The notes under the pieces are model-generated. The model was not told the DNA's origin and searched no databases. It saw only the letters and a list, made by a program, of their open reading frames with translations. Positions 20,660 through 30,929 of a DNA stretch of 64,000 bases are shown here, piece after piece. Numbering within the stretch: the stretch's first letter is position 1; every line of letters begins with the position of its first letter. The position numbers and the translations under genes were made by a program. The stretch comes from an uncultured candidate division Zixibacteria bacterium (lineage in GTDB: Bacteria > Zixibacteria > MSB-5A5 > GN15 > FEB-12): NCBI GenBank assembly GCA_963735035.1, contig CAVTJJ010000004.1, forward strand, positions 1,567,896-1,631,895, read 5' to 3'.

Positions 20660-21538
20660 ATGTCACAACCTGTCCCGGAAGCTTATCTCGAAATCAAGAT
20701 TGACGTACCCAAAGAGCTGGTAGAGGCGACGTGCGATTTCATAATCGAGAACCTCACCGGCGGTTTGGTCCTTGAAGACGAAGATGGTTCTGACAAAACT
20801 ATGATCATCTTCTATGTTCCTGAAACCCAGTCGACCTATCAGAACCAACTATCGGAATTCTTCTCACGCGGGGAGGGAATCGGAAAGTGTGATCTGCCGG
20901 AGATGCAAGTACGGCGAGTGACCGACACCGAATGGCTGGAGCAGTATCGCGGAACCATCAAGCCGATTCGGATCGCCGACGATGTACTGGTGCGGCCGGC
21001 CTGGATCGTTCCGACTTCGGATCGATACCAACTGGTGCTGGAGCCGAAGATGGCGTTCGGTACCGGAAGCCACGCTACCACGCGGAGTTGTCTTCGCATC
21101 ATCCGACAGAAATTCCAGCCGGGCTGGCGGTTTCTCGATATGGGGTGCGGCTCGGGCGTGTTGTCAATTCTTGCAGACCAGATGGGTGCATCGTACATCA
21201 AAGCAATAGATTACGATTTGGCGGCGGTGGCCAATTGCCGGGAGAATTTTGAAATCAACCAGGTAAAGGCGCCGCACGAGATCGTGATCGGATCGATAGA
21301 AAAGTGTGTCCGGGATGAAGCGTATCAGTTAGTCGTGGCCAACATCATTCGCACTACTATTCTGACCATGCTCGACCGCCTGCTGAAGCTGACCGCGCCG
21401 GGTGGATTTCTGGTGTTGTCCGGTTTGTTGGAACGTGACGAACTGGCGATTGACAATGCTCTTCGGGAATTGGGCCAGGCGGACTTCACCCTGATGCACG
21501 ATAAAGACTGGCTCACCTATACCATAGCTCGAAGGTAA
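20660..21538 (+). CDS. prmA: Ribosomal protein L11 methyltransferase
   Basis: PKMAFGTGSHATT, LDMGCGSGVLSI, VANI, SGLL. Confidence 0.93.
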   Translation: MSQPVPEAYLEIKIDVPKELVEATCDFIIENLTGGLVLEDEDGSDKTMIIFYVPETQSTYQNQLSEFFSRGEGIGKCDLPEMQVRRVTDTEWLEQYRGTIKPIRIADDVLVRPAWIVPTSDRYQLVLEPKMAFGTGSHATTRSCLRIIRQKFQPGWRFLDMGCGSGVLSILADQMGASYIKAIDYDLAAVANCRENFEINQVKAPHEIVIGSIEKCVRDEAYQLVVANIIRTTILTMLDRLLKLTAPGGFLVLSGLLERDELAIDNALRELGQADFTLMHDKDWLTYTIARR

Positions 21539-21541
21539 CCG

Positions 21542-22288
21542 ATGCTGCCGCCAGTCTTCTATGCGCCGCCGGAGAATCGCGATGATGATCGCATCGTACT
21601 TCCTGCGGATGAGGCTAAGCATTGCACGCGGGTAATGCGTTTGGAAGTCGGGGCGGTCGTCATGGTGGTCGACGGACTCGGCATGGCCTGCCGGGGCGAG
21701 ATAGAAACGATTGCCGGACGTGAAGTGGCTGTTCGTGTTCTCTCTGATGTTCGCGGGTTCGGGGAACCATCGGTACGATTGACGCTGGCGGCCGGTCTTT
21801 CGGTGGGTGTCAAGTTCGACTCGGTTGTGCAACGAGGTACCGAGCTAGGTGTGTCGCGATTCGTACCGCTGCTAACTGAAAAATCAAAGGTGACAATTGA
21901 GGGGTCGGGCCGGGAGAAGACCAAACTTACCCGATGGCGCAATGTTGCCTCGGCGGCGATGAAACAGTGCCGCCGTTCATATATCCCGGAAATTGCGGCG
22001 CCGACTCCGTATATGACCTTTCTGAAACAGTTCGAGAAGTCTGACACCGGTATCATCTTTCATCCCGGGGAGAGGGTAGCTGACCTTCAAGAGGTCCCAT
22101 TGTCTCCGGATATGAAGCGGCTCACGGTCATGATAGGGCCGGAATCAGGGTTTTCTGAAAGCGAAGTCACCTCGGCGGAGCAAGCCGGGTTTGTAAGAGT
22201 CGGGCTGGGGCGAAGAATCCTGCGTACGGAAACCGCCGGACCGGTGGCGGTAGCTCTCGTTATGGCTCGTCTGGGCGAATTCAGGTAG
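21542..22288 (+). CDS. rsmE: 16S rRNA m3U1498 methyltransferase
   Basis: HCTRVMRL, TELGV, AMKQCRR, IGPESGFS, LGRRILRTETA. Confidence 0.94.
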   Translation: MLPPVFYAPPENRDDDRIVLPADEAKHCTRVMRLEVGAVVMVVDGLGMACRGEIETIAGREVAVRVLSDVRGFGEPSVRLTLAAGLSVGVKFDSVVQRGTELGVSRFVPLLTEKSKVTIEGSGREKTKLTRWRNVASAAMKQCRRSYIPEIAAPTPYMTFLKQFEKSDTGIIFHPGERVADLQEVPLSPDMKRLTVMIGPESGFSESEVTSAEQAGFVRVGLGRRILRTETAGPVAVALVMARLGEFR

Positions 22289-22307
22289 CGGTCCTTGCCG
22301 CCGATAA
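22281..22307 (+). promoter_or_regulatory. Sigma-28 (FliA/SigD)-like promoter upstream of prepilin peptidase
   Basis: TCAG-N15-GCCGATAA. Confidence 0.6.
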
Positions 22308-22316
22308 TTGTTCTAT

Positions 22317-23099
22317 ATGCAGTACTATGATCTAATTCTTGCGCTGGTGGCCGGATTGGCTATCGGCTCGTTTCTGAACGTCCTGATTTATCGGCTGCCC
22401 CGCAATCTCCAGTTTGCCAAGGGGCGTTCGGTCTGTCCGGATTGTGGCCAGACAATCAAGTGGTATCACAACATCCCGTTGTTGTCATATCTCGCTTTGC
22501 GTGGACGCTGCGCTTACTGCCAGAAGCGAATCCCGGTTCGATACCCGCTAGTCGAGCTGTTAAACGCTCTGGGTTATCTCTACTTCTATCACAGCTATGG
22601 ATGGTCGGTCGATCTAGGCATCTATCTATTTTTGACTTCAGCCCTCATAGTGATATTCTTCATTGATCTGGACCATCAGATCATTCCGGATAAGATCACA
22701 CTGCCCGGGATGGTGATCGGCTTGCTGGTGTCGTTAGCACCGGGAGGGCTGACACCTCTTCAGGCGGCAATCGGATTGGTCGTAGGCGGCGGAGCGCTCT
22801 ACCTGATCGCGATTCTCGGCGACTGGCTCTTCAAGAAAGAATCGATGGGGGGCGGGGACGTCAAAATGGCCGCCATGCTGGGAGCGTTTCTCGGCTGGCA
22901 GAAAGTACTTCTGGTCTTTCTGGCTTCGGCCATCATAGGTCTGGTCATATCGCTAATTCTCATGGGCTTTTCTGCCAGGCTTCGCCAGAACCGGGTCGTG
23001 CCGTTCGGGCCGTTCATAGCCCTGGCCGCGGTTGTGGCGATTGTCTGGGGCGACAAGCTGATTTCTTTCTACGTGCACCACTGGCTCCTGCCGGGGTAG
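22317..23099 (+). CDS. pilD: Prepilin peptidase/N-methyltransferase (A24A)
   Basis: GSFLNVLIYRLP, CPDC...CAYC, IDLDHQIIPD, MGGGDVK, PFGPF. Confidence 0.95.
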   Translation: MQYYDLILALVAGLAIGSFLNVLIYRLPRNLQFAKGRSVCPDCGQTIKWYHNIPLLSYLALRGRCAYCQKRIPVRYPLVELLNALGYLYFYHSYGWSVDLGIYLFLTSALIVIFFIDLDHQIIPDKITLPGMVIGLLVSLAPGGLTPLQAAIGLVVGGGALYLIAILGDWLFKKESMGGGDVKMAAMLGAFLGWQKVLLVFLASAIIGLVISLILMGFSARLRQNRVVPFGPFIALAAVVAIVWGDKLISFYVHHWLLPG

Positions 23100-23111
23100 T
23101 ATCTCTCCGTC

Positions 23112-23138
23112 TCAGTTGGATCGGCGCGATGCCGATTA
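23112..23138 (+). promoter_or_regulatory. Sigma-28-like promoter upstream of sensor kinase
   Basis: TCAG-N15-GCCGATTA, 7 nt before the ATG. Confidence 0.55.
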
Positions 23139-23145
23139 ATACTCT

Positions 23146-24992
23146 ATGGCCCGACGCAAGAGTAGATACGAGTCCGAAGTCCATCTCGGTTTCCTGGCGA
23201 TAGCCTTCCTGCTCGTCCTGCTAAATTTCATGTCAAACTACGTTCTGCATCAGGCTCGCCTGACTCAGCAGGAAGAGACCAGCGGGCGTCTCAAATGGAC
23301 GGCGCTTGCTATCAGTCGTGAACTTCAAGAACGTCCGCTGCTTGCCCCCGGAGCGCCCGTCATTGACAGAAATACGCAATCGCTACGGACTTACCGATCT
23401 GGCTCTGCTCCCGGCCAGACCGGGCGATACCGATCAGCAGGGACGTCGGGAATGGCTCAAGACCGTAACGAAATATTATCCTGCCAAGGAATGTCGTGAC
23501 CTGGTCGGTAGGCTCTCCCGGTCAGAGTTCAATCAATTAACGCGCGGGAAAGACGCTGATTATTTCTATGTCCAACCGGTGGCGGGCAGTCTGAGAAGCG
23601 GTCTGCTGGTGCTTGGAGCGAGCTGCCCGGAACTGGCGTATCTCGAAGATTCCGGGCAGGTGCTGGTAGGGGTGTCTGGTGGGTGCGCTGATAATTGTCG
23701 CGGCTGTCTATGCGCTACTGGCGAGATTCATGTTTCGGCCCTTCCGGCGTATTCGCGAACGGGCGGAGCAGGCAGGACGCTCGGTGGCCAGCGCCGATGA
23801 CGAGACCGAGGCGGTGGTCGAGGAATACGAGCGGGTCATCGGAGAACTCACTCAAACGCAGACGGAACTGCTTCGATTGAACGATGAGATATTGCATCGG
23901 GCGAACTCTCTCGAGACAATCAATCGTTCGCTTACCGAAACCAGTCGTCTGGGCGTGATTACTCTGGATCAAGACGGGCGAGTGGTTGCGGCCAACGAAA
24001 CCGCTCTGGCGTTGCTGGACTACAAGTCCGGTGATATTGCCGGGCGTTCGTATGAAACGTTGCTGGACAGGAACCCCCAATTGTTGTCGGATGTGCGCGA
24101 GGCGTATCGCGAAGAGCGTGCTTGCGGCTACCACGAGTACGACAGACCGTCGGAGCGTGCCGGCGATACCGTGATCGGGGCAACCATTAGTCAGATATGT
24201 GAACCGGATCGGGCCATGACCGGGCTGTTGCTTATGCTCAGCGACCAGAGCGAATTACTGCGGCTGCGCCGCGAGCTCGAGAACCAGAGGAGGCTGGCGG
24301 CGCTGGGCGAGATGGCCGGTGGGCTGGCGCATCAGATCAGAAATTCACTTGGGGCTATAGGTGGGTATGCCGCGCTGGCGAAGAAACGTCTGAAGCAGGC
24401 CGATCTGCCGGTCGAAGGAGTCGAGAGCCTTCTCAGCGAAACCCAACTGGCCAATTTGCTGATAGATCGCTTTCTGTCGTTCGCCAGACCTCTGGACCTG
24501 CGCCCGGAGCAGACTGATCTCGCCGTCCTGGTAAGTGAATGCATGATGTCGATCAGAGTCCGTCAGGACTTGCACGGGGTGGAGTTCCGAGAACATCAGG
24601 AGGCGGGGGTTACCGCTTTGGTCGACCCGCTATTGCTCCGGCAGGCGGTGGCCAATCTGCTTGATAATGCCGTTAATGCCTACGGCGAATCCGGGGGAGT
24701 GGTCGAAATCTCGCTGCAAGTAAAGGGGACCAGAGCGATTCTGGAGATTCGCGACCATGGCTGTGGCATCGATCCCGCTATCAAAGACAAGATCTTCACG
24801 CCGTTTTATTCGTCTCGCCCGTCGGGTACCGGTCTGGGGCTCTCTCTGGTAGCCAAGATCGTCTCCCTGCATGGTGGATCAATCTCAGTAGATTCCGAAC
24901 CCGGCCGGGGGACTATCTTTACCTTGGCGCTGCCGTTGCATACCGGTTCATTGCCGTCCCGCACCCGCTCAGAAATCGCTGTTTCAGCTTAG
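23146..24992 (+). CDS. Membrane PAS sensor histidine kinase (PilS/NtrB-like), broken by two frameshifts (~23340, ~23670)
   Basis: Three overlapping ORFs give TM1-periplasmic-TM2-PAS-HisKA (AHQIRNSL)-HATPase (NLLDNA, DHGCGI, GTGLGL). Confidence 0.8.
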
Positions 24993-25051
24993 AAAACGCT
25001 TGGGGAAGTGGGGCTTCCTGCTATATTGACGCCCGACACTTTGGAGGATTA

Positions 25052-25612
25052 ATGTATACTGCGTCTGATTTTCGAAGAGGCCTGCCGATTCTCGTTGATG
25101 GCGAGCCGTACTATGTAGTTAGCTACCTGCACATCAAGATGGGCCGGGGCGGCGCCAACGTCCGGACCAAGTTGAAGCACATAATTTCCGGAGCGGTGGT
25201 CGAGAAAGTCTTTTCCCCGGACGAGTCGTTCAAACCACCTGATCTCGAACGGCGCAAGATGCAGTACATGTATGAGGACGGCAACGAGCTGGCCTTCATG
25301 GATGCTACGACCTTCGACCAGATATCAATTCCCGCCGAGAACCTTGGTGATGCGCAGTACTATCTGCTGGAGAATCAGGAATACGTGATGTTGTTTCTGA
25401 ACAACAAGGCGATCTCGGTCGATCTGCCGGCGTCGGTGATACTCGAGGTAATCGAGACGGAACCGGCGGTGCGCGGCGATACGGTTAGCAACGTCACCAA
25501 ACCGGCCAAGCTTCAGACTGGGCTGGAAGTCAAGGTGCCGTTATTTGTCAAACAGGGTGATCGTCTGAAAGTCGATACCCGGACGGGCGAATATCTGGAA
25601 CGGGCCAACTGA
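25052..25612 (+). CDS. efp: Elongation factor P
   Basis: HIKMGRGGANVR, TKPAKLQTG, VPLFV...DTRTGEYLER. Confidence 0.97.
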   Translation: MYTASDFRRGLPILVDGEPYYVVSYLHIKMGRGGANVRTKLKHIISGAVVEKVFSPDESFKPPDLERRKMQYMYEDGNELAFMDATTFDQISIPAENLGDAQYYLLENQEYVMLFLNNKAISVDLPASVILEVIETEPAVRGDTVSNVTKPAKLQTGLEVKVPLFVKQGDRLKVDTRTGEYLERAN

Positions 25613-25615
25613 CCT

Positions 25616-26290
25616 TTGACCATTGCCGGCTGTGTTATTGGGGTGGATGAATCAGGCAAGGGGGATTTTTTCGGTCCCCTGGTTGTGGCTGGATTCATCG
25701 CGCCCGAGGCCGAACTGGAACATTTGAAAGACCTGGGGGTCAGGGACTCCAAGAAGCTCTCGGACGGACGCATCATCGCGATTGATGGGAGCCTTCGATC
25801 CGACTACGCCTATGAAGTTGTGGTGCTGATGCCGGAGGAGTACAATCGCCGGTATAAGCAGATCAAGAATCTCAACATCCTTCTGGCTGACAGTCACGCC
25901 GCCGCTATCAACGGCACTATCGCCGCGGGTAATAGGCAGAATCTGAAAGCTGACCTGGCGGTATCTGATAAGTTCGGCAAGACCGAACGTCTGGAAACAG
26001 CTCTCCATCAAAAGGAATGTCGTCTGAAGGTTATTCAGATGGTGAGGGGCGAAGCCGTATTACAAGTGGCGGCGGCATCGATTATCGCCCGGGCCGAATT
26101 CATCCGGCGAATGAAGTCATTGTCGGACGAGGTAGGATTCGATCTGCCGTTCGGCGCCGCTGCACACGTCGATGAGGCGGGGAGACAACTAGTGGCGCGT
26201 CATGGCCCTGAGATTCTGACTCGTGTCGCGAAGTGTCATTTCAAGAACCACGCGCGCGCTGTGGCCGTTGATCTCTTTTCAAGAAAATAG
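25616..26290 (+). CDS. rnhC: Ribonuclease HIII (catalytic domain only)
   Basis: GVDESGKGDFFGP, GVRDSKKLSD, VAAASIIAR, AKCHFKN. Confidence 0.85.
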   Translation: MTIAGCVIGVDESGKGDFFGPLVVAGFIAPEAELEHLKDLGVRDSKKLSDGRIIAIDGSLRSDYAYEVVVLMPEEYNRRYKQIKNLNILLADSHAAAINGTIAAGNRQNLKADLAVSDKFGKTERLETALHQKECRLKVIQMVRGEAVLQVAAASIIARAEFIRRMKSLSDEVGFDLPFGAAAHVDEAGRQLVARHGPEILTRVAKCHFKNHARAVAVDLFSRK

Positions 26291-26317
26291 AAAAGGCCGG
26301 AGACATTCCCGGCCTTT
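26291..26317. terminator. Bidirectional intrinsic terminator
   Basis: AAAAGGCCGG...CCGGCCTTT between convergent genes. Confidence 0.7.
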
Positions 26318-26342
26318 ACTGCGTCAGATTCCTATCCGACTA

Positions 26343-26654
26343 TCATTCACGTCCTATTCCGTGATCCTGCGGTTTGTGAGACAGGTCGTGGTCGTTGTTG
26401 AATCGATCCCTCGGATCATCCAATGCCGACCAGTTGTCACCGTTCGCCGCAGCAGTGTCATACGGGTAATAGACATAACCCGTATCGCTAGCGACGTCGG
26501 TCTGGCCGTTCGTCCCATCGATGGCGGTCGATAGAGGATCCGATTGTAACACGGTTCCGGGGCTGGTGACGCGCCGGGTGTCATCGGAGCACCCGAGCAT
26601 CAAACATCCCAGTACGGCTATCAACAACGAACTGGCAAAGAGTTTTGCGAACAT
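26343..26654 (-). CDS. Small hypothetical lipoprotein
   Basis: GGAGG RBS; MFAKLFASSLLIAVLGCLMLGC lipobox; polar tail. Confidence 0.65.
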   Translation of the reverse strand: MFAKLFASSLLIAVLGCLMLGCSDDTRRVTSPGTVLQSDPLSTAIDGTNGQTDVASDTGYVYYPYDTAAANGDNWSALDDPRDRFNNDHDLSHKPQDHGIGRE

Positions 26655-26718
26655 TCTCGTATCCTCCGTCTGCCTCAAGGGCAAATGTGACTGACTGTCT
26701 AGTGCCGCTGAGCTTCTT

Positions 26719-26734
26719 GGCAATCCTCATGCCA
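26719..26734 (-). promoter_or_regulatory. Sigma-54 -24/-12 promoter
   Basis: Minus strand TGGCATGAGGATTGCC (GG-N10-GC). Confidence 0.6.
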
Positions 26735-26868
26735 TCCGAGACGTTCAAGTTAAGAGGTTGCGCCACAGTCTGTTGGGTGGTCCGAGCTAAGGCGCTACGT
26801 CTTGTTCGGACGTTCATAAGTAGGGTCGATAGTCCATACTTGGAGGGCTTTCTCCCATTACCTGATCC

Positions 26869-26895
26869 TAAGCCTGTGCAAAATTCAGCCGATAT
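26869..26895 (+). promoter_or_regulatory. Sigma-28-like promoter upstream of GAF protein
   Basis: TAAG-N15-GCCGATAT. Confidence 0.6.
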
Positions 26896-26908
26896 TGGAC
26901 AGTAGTGT

Positions 26909-28897
26909 ATGTTATTGTCGCGTACGGGGGTTACGATGATTGAAAGTCAAGTGGCCTGGGTTACAACTGGAATATTCCTGGCTGGCTTGATCCTGTTACG
27001 GCGTTTCCAGAAGGTGCTTACGAATGAAAGCCCCGAGGGTTTTCGCCGTGTCAGTTCGGGTCTGTCGTTGTTGTCGCTGGCGGTTCTCGCCAGACTATTT
27101 CATGTCGAGGGCATGTTCGCCCGGACTCCCTTCTTGTCCGAGCCGATCTTCTTTGACCTGGCCTACTGGATTGCAGTCATCGGGGGAGGATCGATGCTGG
27201 TACATGGTGCATCTGACTGGTTGCCTCTCGCCAAGCGTAGTCTTCAAGGGAAGGTCGATCAGGTTCAAGGCGCCGAACTGGTACGTCGTGTCCAGCAATT
27301 GGTGGGAGTCGAAAGTCGCATCGACACGGTGCTGGCGAATACACTCCAGTACATGAAAGAACAGGTGGGGTTGTCTTACGGCGCGGTCTTCAAGTGCTCG
27401 CTATCCCGCACGAGAATCGAACTGACCGCTACCACTTCGGAATTTCCGATGCCGCGCAATCTAATGGACGAGTCGGTGGCGCTCTGTTTCGCCGGTCGGC
27501 GCAGAGAAGAACAGATGATCGACTTTGAGAAGTGCCTGTCCCTGAGCCTACCGCCTGTATTGGGTCGTCCGTCGGCGATGATACCCGTGGAAGTTGGGAG
27601 TCGAAAAGTAAGCTGTTTTGTTCTCTGGAAGCTGGAGGGGTCGATATCATCCGATGATCGTCTGACGCTGCAATTGGCTGCGGACATAATCGCGCACAAG
27701 ATAGATCGCGATCATCTGGTGCTGGCACGCCACTCCGATCGGGAACGATCTGAATGGTTTACGACAATAATCGAGTCCGTGATTGAGGCCAAGGGATCAA
27801 GCCGTCGGGTAGCGGCCCTGGCAAAAAGTCTGGCCGATATAGTCCCGTATGATCTGATGGCTGTTACGGTAGTTCCGGGCGAGGGGCGCAGGACCACCCG
27901 CTATTCAATGGCCGAGGGTGGAAATATACTGGTCGAGAAAGCGGTCGAGGCGCCGTTGTCGGACGCGCTCACGGCTCCCGCGTTTTACGGCGACGGGACC
28001 GTCGTGTTCGGTGATCTGAGCACGGACCGTCAGCCGGATCGTCGGGAAGTGCTCACTATCGGTCTGGTTCGCTCGTTGATTTCTGTCCCGGTGCATCTCA
28101 GAGGAGAGCTCGCAATTGTAATGACGCTGACGTCGGGTCAGAAAGATGCCTTCAGTGATCGCCGTCGTGAGACCCTCGAACTCCTGCGGCCGCTCGTAGT
28201 CATGGCTGTGCAGGAAGATATTCTCGAACTGGTTTCGCGCCGGGAACTGTCTCGTTTCGAGAGGATAGAGAAACTGGTCAAGGCAGCGGTCGGGGAAGAA
28301 AGCACGCAGCTCTTGCTGAATGGTATTGCCGGTCTCGCGGCCGAAGAGACCGGTGCCGAGGTGGTCCGGGTGGCCACGCTCGACAAGTCGGGCGTGTTCA
28401 TCGGCTCAAGAGTGTTGATCGCTCCGCAGGGTCGGAACAGTTCGGTCCCGCCGGATGGTCAATTGATATTGCCGTTGATGCCTTTGCACGACCGCGCCGT
28501 TCGATCCGGGCAAATAGTGGCCAGCCAGAACCAAACTGTCGATGAACTCTCGGCGATGGAAGCGCATCAGATATTCAATGCTGATCTCAAACAGACTTCG
28601 GTTGTGCCGATGACCCACGCCGGTCGAACCGTCGGCGTGATTACCCTGGGCTGGCTCGATAATCGAGCTGAGGTCGGACTAGATACGTCGCAGCGCATAT
28701 TTCTCGAAACGCTGGCTCAAATGTCAGCGCCGCTTCTTTCGCAAGGTCAGGAACCGGCCCGGGAAGAGCCGACGAACCGCATGCTCAGACGCGTACAGGC
28801 TTTGACATCGTCTCTGGGCAAGAGACGATTTGCGGTCCCTGGCGAATCGCGGTCTGAAGTAGAAACTGACGCTGAGGTTCACGAAATAATCAGGTAG
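26909..28897 (+). CDS. Membrane protein with multiple GAF-like domains, no recognisable output domain
   Basis: About 3 N-terminal TMs; GAF ends SAMIPVEVG...LAADIIA, RSLISVPVHLRGE...AFS, SVVPMTHAGRTVGVITLG...LETLA. Confidence 0.7.
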   Translation: MLLSRTGVTMIESQVAWVTTGIFLAGLILLRRFQKVLTNESPEGFRRVSSGLSLLSLAVLARLFHVEGMFARTPFLSEPIFFDLAYWIAVIGGGSMLVHGASDWLPLAKRSLQGKVDQVQGAELVRRVQQLVGVESRIDTVLANTLQYMKEQVGLSYGAVFKCSLSRTRIELTATTSEFPMPRNLMDESVALCFAGRRREEQMIDFEKCLSLSLPPVLGRPSAMIPVEVGSRKVSCFVLWKLEGSISSDDRLTLQLAADIIAHKIDRDHLVLARHSDRERSEWFTTIIESVIEAKGSSRRVAALAKSLADIVPYDLMAVTVVPGEGRRTTRYSMAEGGNILVEKAVEAPLSDALTAPAFYGDGTVVFGDLSTDRQPDRREVLTIGLVRSLISVPVHLRGELAIVMTLTSGQKDAFSDRRRETLELLRPLVVMAVQEDILELVSRRELSRFERIEKLVKAAVGEESTQLLLNGIAGLAAEETGAEVVRVATLDKSGVFIGSRVLIAPQGRNSSVPPDGQLILPLMPLHDRAVRSGQIVASQNQTVDELSAMEAHQIFNADLKQTSVVPMTHAGRTVGVITLGWLDNRAEVGLDTSQRIFLETLAQMSAPLLSQGQEPAREEPTNRMLRRVQALTSSLGKRRFAVPGESRSEVETDAEVHEIIR

Positions 28898-29003
28898 GTG
28901 ACAAGCCACAAAGGTCAATCGGCCAATTGCGGCGGTCGGAGCTGCTTCGGAGCGGCTGACAATTTCGGTTGCCTAGCCCACTTTTCCGTTTATATTTCAG
29001 AAT

Positions 29004-29125
29004 GTATTCTTCGGGGCGAGGTGGAATTCCTCGACCGGCGGTTAAAGCCCGCGAGCCCCGCTAGCGCGGGGCAGAACCTGTGAAACTCAGGTGCCGACGG
29101 CAACAGTCCGGATGGTAGAAGAAGT
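29004..29125 (+). ncRNA. FMN riboswitch (RFN element)
   Basis: TCTTCGGGGCGAGGTGGAATTCCTCGACCGGCGGT...AGCCCGCGAGC...CAGAACCTGTGAAACTCAGGTGCCGACGG...AGTCCGGATGGTAGAAG directly upstream of ribD. Confidence 0.95.
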
Positions 29126-29158
29126 GAGCAGGACGGCGTCTGCCGTATTCTGTCCATC

Positions 29159-29185
29159 ACCCCGATCTGCCCACGGGGTTTTTTT
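29159..29185 (+). terminator. Riboswitch attenuator terminator
   Basis: ACCCCG...CGGGGT followed by a T run; CCCCGA can alternatively pair with TCGGGG of the aptamer (antiterminator). Confidence 0.75.
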
Positions 29186-30289
29186 GTGGCCGACCGAACA
29201 GACATCAAGTTCATGAACCGCGCTCTCGAACTCGCGGCGAAAGCGCGCGGCTATACTTCACCCAATCCGATGGTGGGCGCGGTTATTGTCAGGAACGGTC
29301 GGATAGTCGGCGAAGGATACCACCGTCGGGCGGGACAAGAACATGCCGAGACGGCAGCGTTGCGCAAGGCCGGGCGCCAGGCCCGTGGCGCTACGATGTA
29401 CGTCACTCTGGAGCCGTGCTGTCATGTGGGCTGTACCGGGCCATGCACCGAGGCGATTATCAACGCCGGAATTTCTCGCGTCGTCTATGCCATGCTCGAC
29501 CCCAATCCCATCGTCAAAGGTAAGGGAGATCGTGAACTGCGAAACGCCGGGCTCAAAGTGTCACGCGGAGTCTTACGTCGTTCGGCCGAAGAACTCAATG
29601 AAGCTTACCTCATGTTTCATAAGCTGGGTCGACCGTTCGTGACTCTCAAAATGGCTCAGTCCATCGACGGACGTATTGCTACGATCACCGGCGAATCAAA
29701 GTGGATATCGAGCCCGGCGTCGCTGAAGCTGGCTCATCGGCTGCGCGCTGAGAACGATGCGGTTATGGTCGGAGCCGGAACAGTTCGGGCCGACAATCCC
29801 GCGCTAACCGTCCGACTGGCAAAAGGGAGAAACCCGTATCGAATCGTGGTGGCCGGACGAAGTGAATTACCGACGAACTGTCAGTTGCTAACGAACAACC
29901 GCGACCTGAAGACTGTTGTAGCAAAGGTTGGACAAAAAAACAGTCGATCTCCCAACTCCAAACGAAGCGCAAGTATCGTACGATGGGAGTTGAAGGGTGA
30001 CCGACGCGGTCAGGTTGACGTGAGAGATTTGCTGCAAAAGGCGGCCGCTTTTGGGCTTCAGTCGATTCTGGTGGAAGGCGGTTCAAGTCTGGCGACCGCG
30101 CTTTTGAAGGCAGAACTGGTGGATAAAGTTGTGCTGGTAATCGCCCCAAAAATAATCGGACACGGTACCCCAGCGATAGGCGATCTGGGCGTCAAGAGGC
30201 TTGAAGACGGTATCGAACTGACCCGTGTCGAGGTTCTCCGCATGGGAATGGACCTGATAGTGTCTGGATATCCTAAGTATAGTAGTTAA
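29186..30289 (+). CDS. ribD: Bifunctional riboflavin deaminase/reductase RibD
   Basis: PNPMVGAVIV, HAE, TLEPCCH...PC, SIDGRIA, VEGG. Confidence 0.96.
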   Translation: MADRTDIKFMNRALELAAKARGYTSPNPMVGAVIVRNGRIVGEGYHRRAGQEHAETAALRKAGRQARGATMYVTLEPCCHVGCTGPCTEAIINAGISRVVYAMLDPNPIVKGKGDRELRNAGLKVSRGVLRRSAEELNEAYLMFHKLGRPFVTLKMAQSIDGRIATITGESKWISSPASLKLAHRLRAENDAVMVGAGTVRADNPALTVRLAKGRNPYRIVVAGRSELPTNCQLLTNNRDLKTVVAKVGQKNSRSPNSKRSASIVRWELKGDRRGQVDVRDLLQKAAAFGLQSILVEGGSSLATALLKAELVDKVVLVIAPKIIGHGTPAIGDLGVKRLEDGIELTRVEVLRMGMDLIVSGYPKYSS

Positions 30290-30291
30290 TT

Positions 30292-30927
30292 ATGTTTACG
30301 GGTATTGTTGAAACGGTTGGTTTAGTAGTCGAAATCAAAGCCAAGGGCAATTATCAGGTCCTGGCGGTGACATCTTCAATCCCAACTGATGAAATCCAGA
30401 TCGGCGAATCAATCGCCTGCCAGGGAGCCTGCCTGACCGTGATTGGACACAACAAAGATCGCTTCGAGGTCGAGATTTCGCAGGAGACTACGGCCACAAT
30501 TGATATGTCACGGTTCGAGGTCGGGAGTCGGATCAATATCGAACGCGCCTTGCAGATGGGCGGCCGTTTAGGGGGACATCTCGTTTCAGGTCATGTCGAC
30601 ACTATCGGACGCGTCCAGCACCTGAAACCGGTAGGACGTTCGCTTGATCTGGCGATCAGTTTCGACTCAAAATACGATTCACTGGTGATTGATAAAGGCT
30701 CCATTGCCATTGATGGTGTTTCATTGACCGTAAACGCCTGCCGACCGGGCGGGGTGACGGTCAACCTGATCCCGCACACGTCGAAGGAAACAACTCTCTC
30801 GGAACTGAGGGCCGGCGATGCCGTCAATTTGGAATTCGATCTGATTGGAAAATATGTCTTGAAGTATCAACAGTTCGGTTCTTCACAAGGTATAACGGCC
30901 GAGATATTGCGCAAGAGTGGATGGTAA
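30292..30927 (+). CDS. ribE: Riboflavin synthase (alpha chain)
   Basis: [31 protein letters not shown]. Confidence 0.96.
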   Translation: MFTGIVETVGLVVEIKAKGNYQVLAVTSSIPTDEIQIGESIACQGACLTVIGHNKDRFEVEISQETTATIDMSRFEVGSRINIERALQMGGRLGGHLVSGHVDTIGRVQHLKPVGRSLDLAISFDSKYDSLVIDKGSIAIDGVSLTVNACRPGGVTVNLIPHTSKETTLSELRAGDAVNLEFDLIGKYVLKYQQFGSSQGITAEILRKSGW

Positions 30928-30929
30928 TT

